DNA of 64,000 nucleotides, from assembly GCA_950097015.1 (NCBI GenBank), contig CATNEN010000033.1, positions 3,162,001 to 3,226,000 of the forward strand, read 5' to 3'. A program made the translations under genes and the position numbers. Below, one piece after another: positions 28,331 through 40,228 of the stretch. The notes beneath the pieces are model-generated. The model made no database searches. It had not been told where the DNA came from and worked only from the letters and a program-made list of their open reading frames with translations. Origin of the DNA: Macrostomum hystrix (lineage: Eukaryota > Animalia > Platyhelminthes). Numbering within the stretch: the first letter of the stretch is position 1; every line of letters starts with the position of its first letter.

Positions 28331-29821
28331 ATGCCTAAGCGCCGCTGCGATGCAAGAGCTGCTGTCGATCTACAGGACTGCAGGCGGCGAAAGAACCGCG
28401 AAGCCGCAAAACTAACCCGGCAGAAGAAGAAGCAGAAAGAAAAGCAGCTCAAGGAGGTAAAACTGCTCACACCTGTCTGGCTTAACTGCTGACCAGATTT
28501 TTTACTGTCTCGCTTATGAAATATCTGGCTAGTCATCTACCTGGCTAGTCATCTACCTGGCTAGTCATCTACCTGGCTAGTCATCTACCTGGCTAGTCAT
28601 CTACCTGGCTAGTCATCTACCTGGCTAGTCATCTACCTGGCTAGTCATCTACCTGGCTAGTCTTCTACCTGGCTTACCATCTACCTGGCTTATCATCTAC
28701 CTGGCTAATCATCCACCTGGCTTATCATCTACCTGGCTTATCATCTACCTGGCTTATCATCCACCTGGCTTATCATCTACCTGGCTTATCATCCACCTGG
28801 CTAGTCATCTACCTGGCTTATCATCCACCTGGCTTATCATCCACCTGGCTAGTCATCTACCTGGCTATCATCTACCTGGCTAATCATCCACCTGGCTTAT
28901 CATCTACCTGGCTAATCATCCACCTGGCTTATCATCAACCTGGCTTATCATCTAACTGGCTAATCATCCACCTGGCTAATCATCCACCTGGCTTATCATC
29001 TAACTGGCTTATCATCTACCTGGCTATTAATCTACCTGGCTTATCATCTACCTGGCTATTAATCTACCTGGCTTATCATCTACGTGGCTTATCATCTACA
29101 TGGTTAATAATCTACCTGGCTATTAATCTACCTGGTTATTAATCTACCTGGCTATTAATCTACCTGGTTAATAATCTACCTGGCTATTAATCTACCAGGC
29201 TTATCATCTACAATTTCTACATGGTTAATAATCTACCTGGCAATTAATCTACCTGGCTATTAATCTACCTGGCTATTAATCTACCTGGTTAATAATCTAT
29301 CTGGCTATTAATCTACCTGGCTTATCATCTACAATTTCTACATGGTTAATAATCTACCTGGCAATTAATCTACCTGGCTATTAATCTACCTGGCTATTAA
29401 TCTACCTGGTTAATAATCTATCTGGCTATTAATCTACCTGGCTTATCATCTACATGTTTAATAATCTACCTGGCTATTAATCTACTTGGGTAATAATCTA
29501 CCTGGCTATTAATCTACCTGGCTTATCATCTACATGGTTAATAATCTACCTGGCTATTAATCTACCTGGCTTATCATCTACCTGGCTGATAAACTGCCCC
29601 GCCTCAACCATAAGACCCTGCAGTGCTTGACCTCAGCAAAAACTCGGCTAGAGAAGGTCGCCAACAAATTTGAGGCCCTGTACGCTAGCAGTCTAAGCTA
29701 TCACGGCAGCAAGCGGGCATTCCTGAGCTATCTGAAGCGGAATTCCCAACTGGTCCGCGATCCGGACTGCAGGCCGTTGCTGAAGCGGTTCATTGAAGGG
29801 CCATTCCAGAGGCTGCTGTGA
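28331..29821 (+). CDS. Small atypical bZIP protein, 107 aa, 2 exons
   Basis: Exon 28331-28456 (MPKRRCDARAAVDLQDCRRRKNREAAKLTRQKKKQKEKQLKE|gtaaaa) and exon 29624-29821 (ctgcag|CLTSAKTRLEKVANKFEAL...), phase 0. The basic-region NxxAAxxxR signature has the first zipper Leu at +18, as in Fos. Exon 1 is absent from the ORF track. Confidence 0.75.
28520..29587. repeat. 16-bp minisatellite (CTGGCTAGTCATCTAC)n filling the small-bZIP intron
   Basis: About 65 copies. The consensus drifts along the array. Confidence 0.95.
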
Positions 29822-30139
29822 TTTGAGCAAACTGACCCTTAAACAACTTTATTAGTAGCGATGAAAATAATTAGTAAAGTTATATTGTTAAATCACTTGT
29901 TTATATCTATGTTATACGAATACATGTAAATATATATTACAATCTACAATAAATGTTTTATTTATCATAACGTAATGTAAAAGCTATATTTAACAAATGC
30001 AAATTGAAATTAAATTTGCTAAATGTTTAATTTGGCCGGGCGAAACGAAAAACGCAACTTTTAAGGAATTTTTTACTTTATTTCCTCCTACTATTAACTT
30101 TTAAAGCTTCTTTGCAAGCGTCAATGACTCATCCGTTCC

Positions 30140-31400
30140 TCGAAATCCCATCAATTCCTGGATATCCCATCGACTCCTGGATATCCCATCGACTCCTGGA
30201 TATCCCATCGATTCCTGGATATCCCATCGACTCATGGATATCCCATCGACTCCTGGATATCCCATCGACTCCTGGATATCCCATCGATTCCTGGATATCC
30301 CATCGACTCCTGGATATCCCATCGATTCCTGGATATCCCATCGACTCCTGGATATCCCATCGACTCCTGGATATCCCATCGACTCCTGGATATCCCATCG
30401 ATTCCTGGATATCCCATCGACTCATGGATATCCCATCGATTCCTGGATATCCCATCGACTCCTGGATATCCCATCGACTCCTGGATATCCCATCGATTCC
30501 TGGATATCCCATCGACTCATGGATATCCCATCGACTCCTGGATATCCCATCGACTCCTGGATATCCCATCGATTCCTGGATATCCCATCGACTCCTGGAT
30601 ATCCCATCGATTCCTGGATATCCCATCGACTCCTGGATATCCCATCGACTCCTGGATATCCCATCGACTCCTGGATATCTCATCGATTCCTGGATATCCC
30701 ATCGACTCCTGGATATCCCATCGACTCCTGGATATCCCATCGACTCATGGATATCCCATCGATTCCTGGATATCCCATCGACTCATGGATATCCCATCGA
30801 CTCCTGGATATCCCATCGACTCCTGGATATCCATCGATTCCTGGATATCCCATCGACTCCTGGATATCCCATCGATTCCTGGATATCCCATCGACTCCTG
30901 GATATCTCATCGACTCCTGGATATCCCATCGACTCCTGGATATCCCATCGATTCCTGGATATCCCATCGACTCCTGGATATCCCATCGACTCCTGGATAT
31001 CCCATCGACTCCTGGATATCTCATCGATTCCTGGATATCCCATCGACTCCTGGATATCCCATCGACTCCTGGATATCCCATCGACTCCTGGATATCCCAT
31101 CGATTCCTGGATATCCCATCGACTCATGGATATCCCATCGATTCCTGGATATCCCATCGACTCCTGGATATCCCATCGACTCCTGGATATCCCATCGATT
31201 CCTGGATATCCCATCGACTCCTGGATATCCCATCGATTCCTGGATATCCCATCGACTCCTGGATATCCCATCGATTCCTGGATATCCCATCGACTCCTGG
31301 ATATCCCATCGACTCCTGGATATCCCATCGATTCCTGGATATCCCATCGATTCCTGGATATCCCATCGACTCCTGGATATCCCATCGATTTCTCGGTATC
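30140..31400. repeat. 19-bp minisatellite (TCCTGGATATCCCATCGAC)n
   Basis: About 66 copies. Source of the many DIPSTPGYPIDSWISHR ORFs. Confidence 0.97.
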
Positions 31401-32018
31401 CCATCAACCCCTCGATACGCCGCAATTGATATTCATTCCGTACTTCTCAGACTTTTTACCTTTACATTGACACAGAAGCACATAATTATATTGCTGCAGT
31501 GATTCAATTGTATTTTTAATGGGATATTCGAGCTAAATAAAGCAAGCTATTGCGAGGCTCAGAAAAGACGCTGCGGACGAATTGAAACATGCTGAGGTGC
31601 GAATGTCAAAAAATGACGGCCCGGTTTAACAAGGCGATGTACCTGCTAGTGGTATTGCTGGCTGGATATCATGCGGGAACGATTTGATCGGATAAACATA
31701 TGGACAAGGCTGTGGCTCGTGATTACGGTTGCAGGTGCTTCGAGGAAGAAAAAAGGCGACTCAAGCAATTAGAGCATAAAAAAGTTGCGATTCGGAGCTC
31801 TGTTATCGATTAGGCCGCACTCGGCAAATTTCGATACACGCGTGTTACGAGTACTAACCAATAGAGAAAATTTCTCTTCTAAGAAATGCTTGAAGCAAAA
31901 CTCGGTCTTTACCGAGGTGGTGCGGTGCGGTGTCTTCTTCCAGGTCAAGCAAAACCAACTCTCTACTACGGAAATCTTCTGCTTTGCTTGGGATTAATTG
32001 AATCCTCTGACGCAAGTA

Positions 32019-32350
32019 CAGTCTGACACAGACAATCTGACGCACATACAGTCTCTGACACAGACAATCTGACGCACATACAGTCTCTGACACAGACAAT
32101 CTGACGCACATACAGTCTCTGACACAGACAATCTGACGCACATACAGTCTCTGACACAGACAATCTGACGCACATACAGTCTCTGACACAGACAATCTGA
32201 CGCACATACAGTCTCTGACACAGACAATCTGACGCACATACAGTCTCTGACACAGACAATCTGACGCACATACAGTCTCTGACACAGAACCCTCTGACGC
32301 CATAAAGTCTCTGACACAGACAATCTGACGCACATACAGTCTCTGACACA
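32019..32350. repeat. 32-bp minisatellite (CTGACACAGACAATCTGACGCACATACAGTCT)n
   Basis: About 10 copies just past the 3' end of the TRP-like gene. Confidence 0.95.
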
Positions 32351-32522
32351 GACACGCTCCACGAACAGCAAAGCTCACGCAGTGAAATCCAAAAAAATTA
32401 AAAATAGACAAAATGTATCGATATGCACAATATTGAATTGCAGCAAGCGGCTACAGTTGTTGGTTCTTGTTAAGCACTGGTTAAACCGCCAGTACCGAAC
32501 ATCCACCGCCCAGCGACCGCGG

Positions 32523-35500
32523 TCAAGCAGACAGCGGACGCTGGCAGCCGAAGGTGTGCCGCTTCCCGCGAAATGCCGCCGCCTGGAAGAGCTGAAACTG
32601 CCGGTCCTCCTTGTGCGCGGCTCCTGGGCAGCCGTCGCCTCCGATGCCCGCGCCGCCTTCGACGCCACCGCTGCCGACCAGCAGCAACTGGCCAGTCGCC
32701 CCCCCTACGGCGTCCCCGCCGGCACCAACTCCGTGGCAACCGTCGCCATAGACGCCCTGTCGGTCGAGCGCGGCGAACGCCTCGATGTCGGTGTCCGGCC
32801 GGCCGGTGACTCGGTCCCGCAGTCTCTGGCACAGCCGCACCCCCTGCGGCACCGCGTAGGCCAGGTTGAGGGGTGCGGGGAGACAGCCGGCGGCGGTCAA
32901 AGCCTCCGCTGCCGCCAGTCGGGAGCGTCGATGCCGGGCGATGGCCAGGGCACGACAGTCTGACAAGCTGCCGCAGCAGAGCCGAGCTCCCAGGAAAACG
33001 GCCAGCAAAATAAACAAAACGAGAGCGGCAAACGATGCAATGAGGACGCCGCTTTGGGTGACGATACTTGAAAACAGCAGGTGCTTCACTGGCACGGTGG
33101 CGCAAACCGCCGCGGGCAGAACCGACACCGCCAGCGGCCAGCAGTCGCGCCGCAGCGCCAGCAGCAGCTGCTGAACTGGCAGGCCGGCCAGCCGGTACGG
33201 CCGGAGCGCCGCCAGAAACCGCGCGGACCACAGCGCCACCCCAATGCACAGCAGCACCTGGCTGGCGAGCATCGGCCCGCTCTGGAACGAGGCCTTGATG
33301 CCGCTGGCCACCGCCCAGACGATCAGGCCGGTTCCAGAGACGCTGATTGCAGCCAACGGCAGCAGCAGCTGGGCTGCCAGCGGCGGCAGCGGCGGCAGGG
33401 CGGCGCCGCCGTCCCAGGCGGGACAGGCCAGCTCCTGTGCGAGCTGCAGCGGCAGCCATACGGCCACAACAATCTCCAGACCCGCCCAGCTGGCCGATAT
33501 CGACTGCGCCGCTCGGGTTGCCTGGGCCGTCAGCAGCATCAGCAGCGTCAGTAGGCCAGCCAGGCGCGCCACGTGCTTGGCCCGAGGTGCGAACCTTGGC
33601 GGGCCGCCGGCGGGGCTGCCAAAGCCGAGGCAGCCGGGGGTGGCGTCTGGGCCATCGGCCCAGCGACGATCGATGAGTTCAGCCATGGCCGGGGTCTCAA
33701 GGAGCTCCGGTGCGGCGTCGGTGAGGGCGAGGGTGCGGCCGCAGCTTCCGGCGAAGAAGTGCCGATGAATGCGCGCCTTCCAGTGCCCGTCGGCGCCGGA
33801 GTAGACGGCGTCGATTGCACTCAACGCCACCGCCACGGCATCGCGGCGGAGTCGCTCCCGGTTGCAGGCGCTGCTATCGACTCTGGCGTCGGCGCCCGCT
33901 TGCTCGCCACTCTTCAACCAGCGCCCGGCCGATGCGGCGAGTCCAGCTGGGGTGGCCGTCGTTGGCCGGGCGGGGTGTCCGAGTGTTCTGTCAGCTGAGG
34001 GCCATCGAGAGCAGGCCGCGGCTACGGCGGCGCAGGTCTCAACCAGGCGGGTCTGCTGCAGCCGCATTAGCTGAGCGGCGGCAGTCAGCCAGCCGGCCTT
34101 CACCAGCTCCAGCACGAAAGCCTGGTCGCAGTCGCTCGGCCGGACCAACCCAAGCCGCAACAGAGCCGGCAGCAGCTTCGGCGACGATCCCGACTGTGAC
34201 AGCCGCACCAGCTGCCTGGCAGCGTCAGAGCGTTCTATCGCCGGCAAGTCGGAGAGGCTGCGGACGATTCGCTTCACCTGCGGCTGGGCCAGAGCCACCG
34301 TCTCCAGGGCTTCCGGCCGCTCCGGCAGGTCGGTCAGTCCAACCAGTGGCGGGTCAAGCAGCTCCAGGACGCGGGCCAGACCTCCGGGCAGCTCAGCTGG
34401 CCACAGCTCAGGCAGGCGCTGCGGGTGCAGGTCGGCCAGGTCGGCCAGGAATGTGCGGCCGCGGCTGTCAACGGCGTAGACCAACTCGATGAAGTCCTCG
34501 GAGTCGGGCTCCTGCAGTTGCAGATCAGTGGATTTCTTTCCTCCTCTTGATTCCTCCGCTCACATACCCCTGTCTCCTCTGCCATCCCATAATCTCCTCT
34601 GAAATCCCATCATCTGCTCTGACATCCCATAATCTCCTCTGATATCCCATAATCTGCTCTGAAATCCCTTAATCTGCTCTGAAATCCCATAATCTGCACT
34701 GAAATCCCATAATGTCCTCTGAAATCCCATAATCTGCACTGAAATCCCATAATCTGCACTGAAATCCCATAATCTGCACTGAAATCCCATAATCTGCACT
34801 GAAATCCCATAATCTGCACTGAAATCCCTTAATCTGCACTGAAATCCCATAATCTGCACTGAAATCCCTTAATCTGCACTGAAATCCCATAATCTGCACT
34901 GAAATCCCATAATCTGCACTGAAATCCCTTAATCTGCACTGAAATCCCATAATCTGCACTGAAATCCCATAATGTCCTCTGAAATCCCATAATCTGCTCT
35001 GAAATCCCATAATGTCCTCTGAAATCCCATAATCTGCACTGAAATCCCATAATCTGCACTGAAATCCCATAATCTGCACTGAAATCCCATAATCTGCACT
35101 GAAATCCCATAATCTGCACTAAAATCCCATAATGTCCTCTGAAATCCCATAATCTGCACTGAAATCCCATAATCTGCTCTGAAATCCCATAATCTGCACT
35201 GAAATCCCATAATCTGCTCTGAAATCCCATAATCTGCACTGAAATCCCATAATCTGCACTGAAATCCCATAATGTCCTCTGAAATCCCATAATCTGCTCT
35301 GAAATTCCATAATGTCCTCTGAAATCCCATAATCTGCACTGAAATCCCATAATCTGCACTGAAATCCCATAATCTGCACTGAAATCCCATAATCTGCACT
35401 GAAATCCCATATTCTGCACTAAAATCCCATAATGTCCTCTGAAATCCCATAATCTGCACTGAAATCCCATAATCTGCTCTGAAATCCCATAATCTGCACT

Positions 35501-36764
35501 GAAATCCCATAATCTGCTCTGAAATCCCATAATCTGCACTGAAATCCCATAATCTGCTCTGAAATCCCATAATGTCCTCTGAAATCCCATAATCTGCTCT
35601 GAAATCCCATAATGTCCTCTGAAATCCCATAATCTGCTCTGAAATCCCACAATCTGCTCTGAAATCCCACAATCTGCTCTGAAATCCCATAATCTGCACT
35701 GAAATCCCATAATGTCCTCTGAAATCCCATAATCTGCTCTGAAATCCCATAATGTCCTCTGAAATCCCATAATCTTCTCTGAAATGCAAGGGTAACCTGT
35801 AATTCCCCTTCGAAGCTGCTCACTTCGGCCTCATCAGCTGCCTGCGGCCCGCGCTGCTCCTCATCATCCACACCGTCTCGATTCTCGCCCTCCCCAGGTG
35901 GGTTCTCGGGCTGCGGCGGCTGCTGGCGCTGGTTCATCCGCAGCATCCGCAGCAGGCGCAGCAGAGCTTCAACCTGGCCCCCTGTGGCCGCGTGGTGCAG
36001 CACCCGCCGACCGTCGGGACCGGCAGAGCAAACCGCCCTGCGCCAGGCGGCCGGGTTCAGGTCGCGCAGGCGCTGCAGAAGTCCGGATCGGCCGCAGCGG
36101 GCGGCGGCGAACAGCGTCGGCTGCCAGCAGCGCTCGGCCAGGGCCGGTCGGGACAGCAGGGCGAGGATGGCGACATCGGCTTCGGCGTCGGCGCGCTCGA
36201 CCTCCTCGGCCAGTGCGGTGTCGCCGAATTCGTCACGACGATCCAGCAGCCGCTCGATCTCGACATTCGGCGCGCCGGAGGCCAGTGCTGCCTCCAGCGG
36301 CGTCGGCGGCTCCGGTGGCGTCGCTCGGCGTCGGGTTGACGAAGACGGCAGTGCAGACTGGGGATCGCTGAAGAAAGGCGGATTTTAATTGAGATTTCAG
36401 ATCCTCTGACTCTACCTCTCATCATCAGACTCTACCTCTCATTCTCAGACTCTACCTCTCATTCTCAGACTCTACCTCTCATCATCAGACCCTACCTCTC
36501 ATTCTCAGACTCTACCTCTCATTCTCAGACCCTACCTCTCATCATCAGACTCTACCTCTCATTCTCAGACTCTACCTCTCATTCTCAGACTCTACCTCTC
36601 ATCATCAGACCCTACCTCTCATTCTCAGACTCTACCTCTCATCATCTGACTCTACCTCTCATCATCAGACTCTACCTCTTATTTTCAGACTCTACCTCTC
36701 ATTATCAGACCCTACCTCTCAGTTTAAAACAATTTAAAGCATTGTAAACTGTAAGTTACCTCAT
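32523..36764 (-). CDS. Divergent ankyrin-repeat TRP-family cation-channel-like protein, about 854 aa, 3 exons
   Basis: Exons 36764-36760 (ATGAG|gtaact), 36367-35797 and 34511-32523, phases 2 and 0. Ankyrin-like segments (RDEFGDTAL, LFAAARCG, VLHHAATGGQVEALLRLL), pre-S1 PAMAELIDRRW, S1 PRAKHVARL, S4-S5 WSARFLAALRPYRLAGLPV...RRD and TRP-domain-like R.RL...LPAPLNL. The C-terminal frame and the exon 2 donor (alternative GAA|gtgagc) are uncertain. Confidence 0.75.
34583..35785. repeat. 20-bp minisatellite (GAAATCCCATAATCTGCACT)n in TRP-like intron 2
   Basis: About 60 copies, starting about 11 bp after the donor. Confidence 0.97.
36405..36720. repeat. 20-bp minisatellite (TCAGACTCTACCTCTCATTC)n in TRP-like intron 1
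   Basis: About 16 copies. Confidence 0.95.
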
Positions 36765-37441
36765 GCCTTCGAAGAATTGCTTCCTCCAATGTCAACAGAA
36801 CTATTACCGATCAGTTCTCCTCCCACGTGTGCGGTAGGCGTCAGAAGTCTCCTTATTATACAAGATAGCGGTGCCACAAATTCTGCTTTAGGTTTAGAAA
36901 CTTTCGTTACAGCCTGCCTTGGCAACTCCTGCAAATTGTCCTGTTTTCAATGTTATTTAGCTGGGACCGCCCTGGCCGGGCGCGGAGGTTGGGGTGGCTG
37001 AAGAAGGCAGTAGAGAAGCGAGAGAAGAGTGGCGTGCCGCAGTACAGCCAGCCCCTGCCTGTCCCCCAGCTGTCCCCCAGTCTGCACGTCACCCCAGCGC
37101 CCACCCCAGCGCCCGCTGTCCCTGCGTGCTTGGCTGCCAAACCCCCATGTACATTCAATCCTGCCTGGCCCTACGACGCAGTACTTAACGCCGATTGGAA
37201 TGGCCCAGACTGAAATTATGATTTTAAGCCCACAGATGCGCCCCGCCTCATTCTTCCTCGCCCTCCTCCTTCTACTAGTAGCAGGCAACTTTTAAAAGCG
37301 GCAATCATACCAAGGCACAAAACAATACACGTACGCACACGATACCATCATGCACCAAGCATTGAAGGTTAAATGACTTTAGCAGGGCGAAAGATTTGCT
37401 CTTTCAATCTAGAAATCTAGAGATGCTAGAAGTATAATTCC

Positions 37442-37557
37442 GTCCCTACACCCTGTCCCTACATCCAGACCCTACACCCTGTCCCTACATCCAGACCCTA
37501 CACCCTGCCCCTAAACAATGTCCCTATTATACACACTAGACACTATCCCCTACACCG
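37442..37557. repeat. Short 13-bp-unit repeat (CCCTACACCCTGT), inverted relative to the array at 42999-43553
   Basis: Shares the non-periodic core TGTCCCTAYTATACACWCTAGACACTATCCC with the reverse complement of about 43471-43503. Confidence 0.8.
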
Positions 37558-37619
37558 TCTTTACAACCTGACCCCACAATGTCCCTACACACCGTCTCTA
37601 CTATAACTCTAACCTTCAA

Positions 37620-38550
37620 TACTCACTCTACCCCTCAGTACTCTCTCTACTCCTCAATACTCACTCTACCCCTCAGTATTCTCTCTACTCCTCAATACTC
37701 ACTCTACCCCTCAGTACTCTCTCTACTCCTCAATACTCACTCTACCCCTCAGTACTCTCTCTACTCCTCAATACTCACTCTACCCCTCAGTACTCTCTCT
37801 ACTCCTCAATACTCACTCTACCCCTCAGTACTCTCTCTACTCCTCAATACTCTCTCTACCCCTCAGTACTCACTCTACCCCTCAATACTCACTCTACCCC
37901 TCAGTACTCTCTCTACTCCTCAATACTCACTCTACCCCTCAGTACTCTCTCTACCCCTCAATACTCACTCTACCCCTCAGTACTCACTCTACCCCTCAAT
38001 ACTCACTCTACCCCTCAGTACTCTCTCTACTCCTCAATACTCACTCTACCCCTCAGTACTCTCTCTACCCCTCAGTACTCACTCTACCCCTCAGTACTCT
38101 CTCTACCCCTCAGTACTCACTCTACCCCTCAGTACTCTCTCTACCCCTCAGTACTCTCTCTACTCCTCTCAGTACTCACTCTACTCCTCAGTACTCACTC
38201 TAACCCTCAGTACTCTCTCTACCCCTCAGTACTCACTCTACCCCTCAGTACTCTCTCTACCCCTCAGTACTCACTCTACCCCTCAGTACTCTCTCTACCC
38301 CTCAGTACTCTCTCTACCCCTCAGTACTCTCTCTACCCCTCAGTACTCTCTCTACCCCTCAGTACTCTCTCTACTCCTCTCAGTACTCACTCTACTCCTC
38401 AGTACTCACTCTACCCCTCAGTACTCTCTCTACCCCTCAGTACTCACTCTACCCCTCAGTACTCTCTCTACCCCTCAGTACTCTCTCTACCCCTCAGTAC
38501 TCACTCTACCCCTCAGTACTCTCTCTACCCCTCAGTACTCTCTCTACTCC
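37620..38550. repeat. 19-bp minisatellite (TACCCCTCAGTACTCTCTC)n
   Basis: About 49 copies, intergenic. Confidence 0.95.
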
Positions 38551-39148
38551 TGAGCCCTAATTCATTCTCCCAATAGCTCGTATGCGCAATTGAGACAGTT
38601 TAACAGCCGCTCCTGTTTGGTGCTTTGCCCTCGCTTTCATCCAATAGACTTCTTTATACATACTATAATATTATCCCTGCAATGCTCTTTCCAAAGAGTC
38701 CCCACGGGCGTCATTTGCTCTGGGTATGACTGCGCCATGATCAGCTCATCCATTATTTAGTAGGCGGGTGTGCGGCACTGACTGATTGGATTATCCCAGA
38801 CCAGGCTATCAGGCTAGACCTACTGGATACAATTATCACCTTACGTGACTGCTTCACACAGAACAGGCATGGACGGCATGGACCAGGGGTAAAAATGTTA
38901 ATTAGTTCGCTAACACTGGGCTCAACTGCACGCTGTCCTTGTGTAGCATTCTCTATGCGAAACCCAGCTTTGAGTGCTATGCGGAGTTCGCTTACTTAAT
39001 TAGGGGCGCCTGCGACTGGCAGCCATACAGGGGCTGAAGAGATCGCTAGAAGGAAAGAGACGAGACATGCTCAAGAGAGCGAGGAAAGGGGAAAGGAAGG
39101 CAGAAAGAGTAAATTGAGTAGAAAATCGAGTATAAAAAGCAAAAGCAA

Positions 39149-39530
39149 ATGAGCACAGAGGTAGAGTAGGATGAGCACAGAGGTAGAGTAGAATGAGCAC
39201 AGAGGTAGAGTAGGATGAGCACAGAGGTAGAGTAGAATGAGCACAGAGGTAGAGTAGGATGAGCACAGAGGTAGAGTAGAATGAGCACAGAGGTAGAGTA
39301 GGATGAGCACAGAGGTAGAGTAGAATGAGCACAGAGGTAGAGTAGGATGAGCACAGAGGTAGAGTAGAATGAGCACAGGGGTAGAGTAGGATGAGCACAG
39401 GGGTAGAGTAGGATGAGCACAGGGGTAGAGTAGAATGAGCACAGGGGTAGAGTAGGATGAGCACAGGGGTAGAGTAGAATGAGCACAGGGGTAGAGTAGG
39501 ATAAGCACAGGAGTAGAGTAGGATTAGCAC
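39149..39530. repeat. 22-bp minisatellite (ATGAGCACAGAGGTAGAGTAGG/A)n
   Basis: About 17 copies with alternating last base. Confidence 0.95.
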
Positions 39531-40228
39531 ATTGGCAGAGCACAATTCATTCATTCATTCTCTATTTTGGCAACAATCATTTGCTTGAGCCCATCTTCAT
39601 CAGAGTACCGAGCACAGATCATGGCTCAGCTGTGTCACTGCATTTTCTAGCAATCCAAATTCCTGTTCACTGAAGCGTTTCAGGCGGAGGCTAGCAGAAA
39701 TTGAGGCAGGTTAAGCAGAATTGAAATTTAAAGAAGCAGTTCCGTTGGGCTTGAATTAGGTCAGTGAAGCGTACAGTCACACGCAGTCTGAATGACCAAA
39801 AATGACTGGCAAATAAGTCTAAATCGAAAGTATTTTCATAGACAGGTTCCTATTACAATTACTGATAAATCGCTCCATTTTATTTGGAAAATGATCGCAG
39901 AGCCTACTGCTAAGTAGCACTGTGTGTAAAAAGCGATCATTTATTAATAAAAGTACAATATCAAGTTTTACAAAGCAGAAAATGTGTTTTATGGCAAAAG
40001 TACAAAATGAAGGATCACACAATGAGTTTTTAAGATATACACGAGTTAAAGACATGTTTTGAGTCGTTAAAATACAATTCTTTAGAGTGAAAAACCTGAA
40101 AGAAAGATTTTTTTAATAAACGAATATAACTATGATTTCGACACTAAAATGGTTTCCAATTAATTCAAAAGGTGACTTCTCTAATAAAAGCAGAGCAGTA
40201 TTAATTAACTAGATGAATAGATAAGCAA

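Noticed and set aside
30101-31502. Many overlapping ORFs on both strands (MGYPGVDGISRSRWDIQES and similar)
   Set aside because: Products of the 19-bp minisatellite.
31500-31997. Short coding-like stretches (MDKAVARDYGCRCFEEEKRRLKQLEHKK)
   Set aside because: Under 40 codons, no consistent splice model and no recognisable domain.
34560-35789. QIMGFQCRLWDFSADYGIS repeat ORFs
   Set aside because: Intronic 20-bp satellite. The flanking splice sites skip it in phase.
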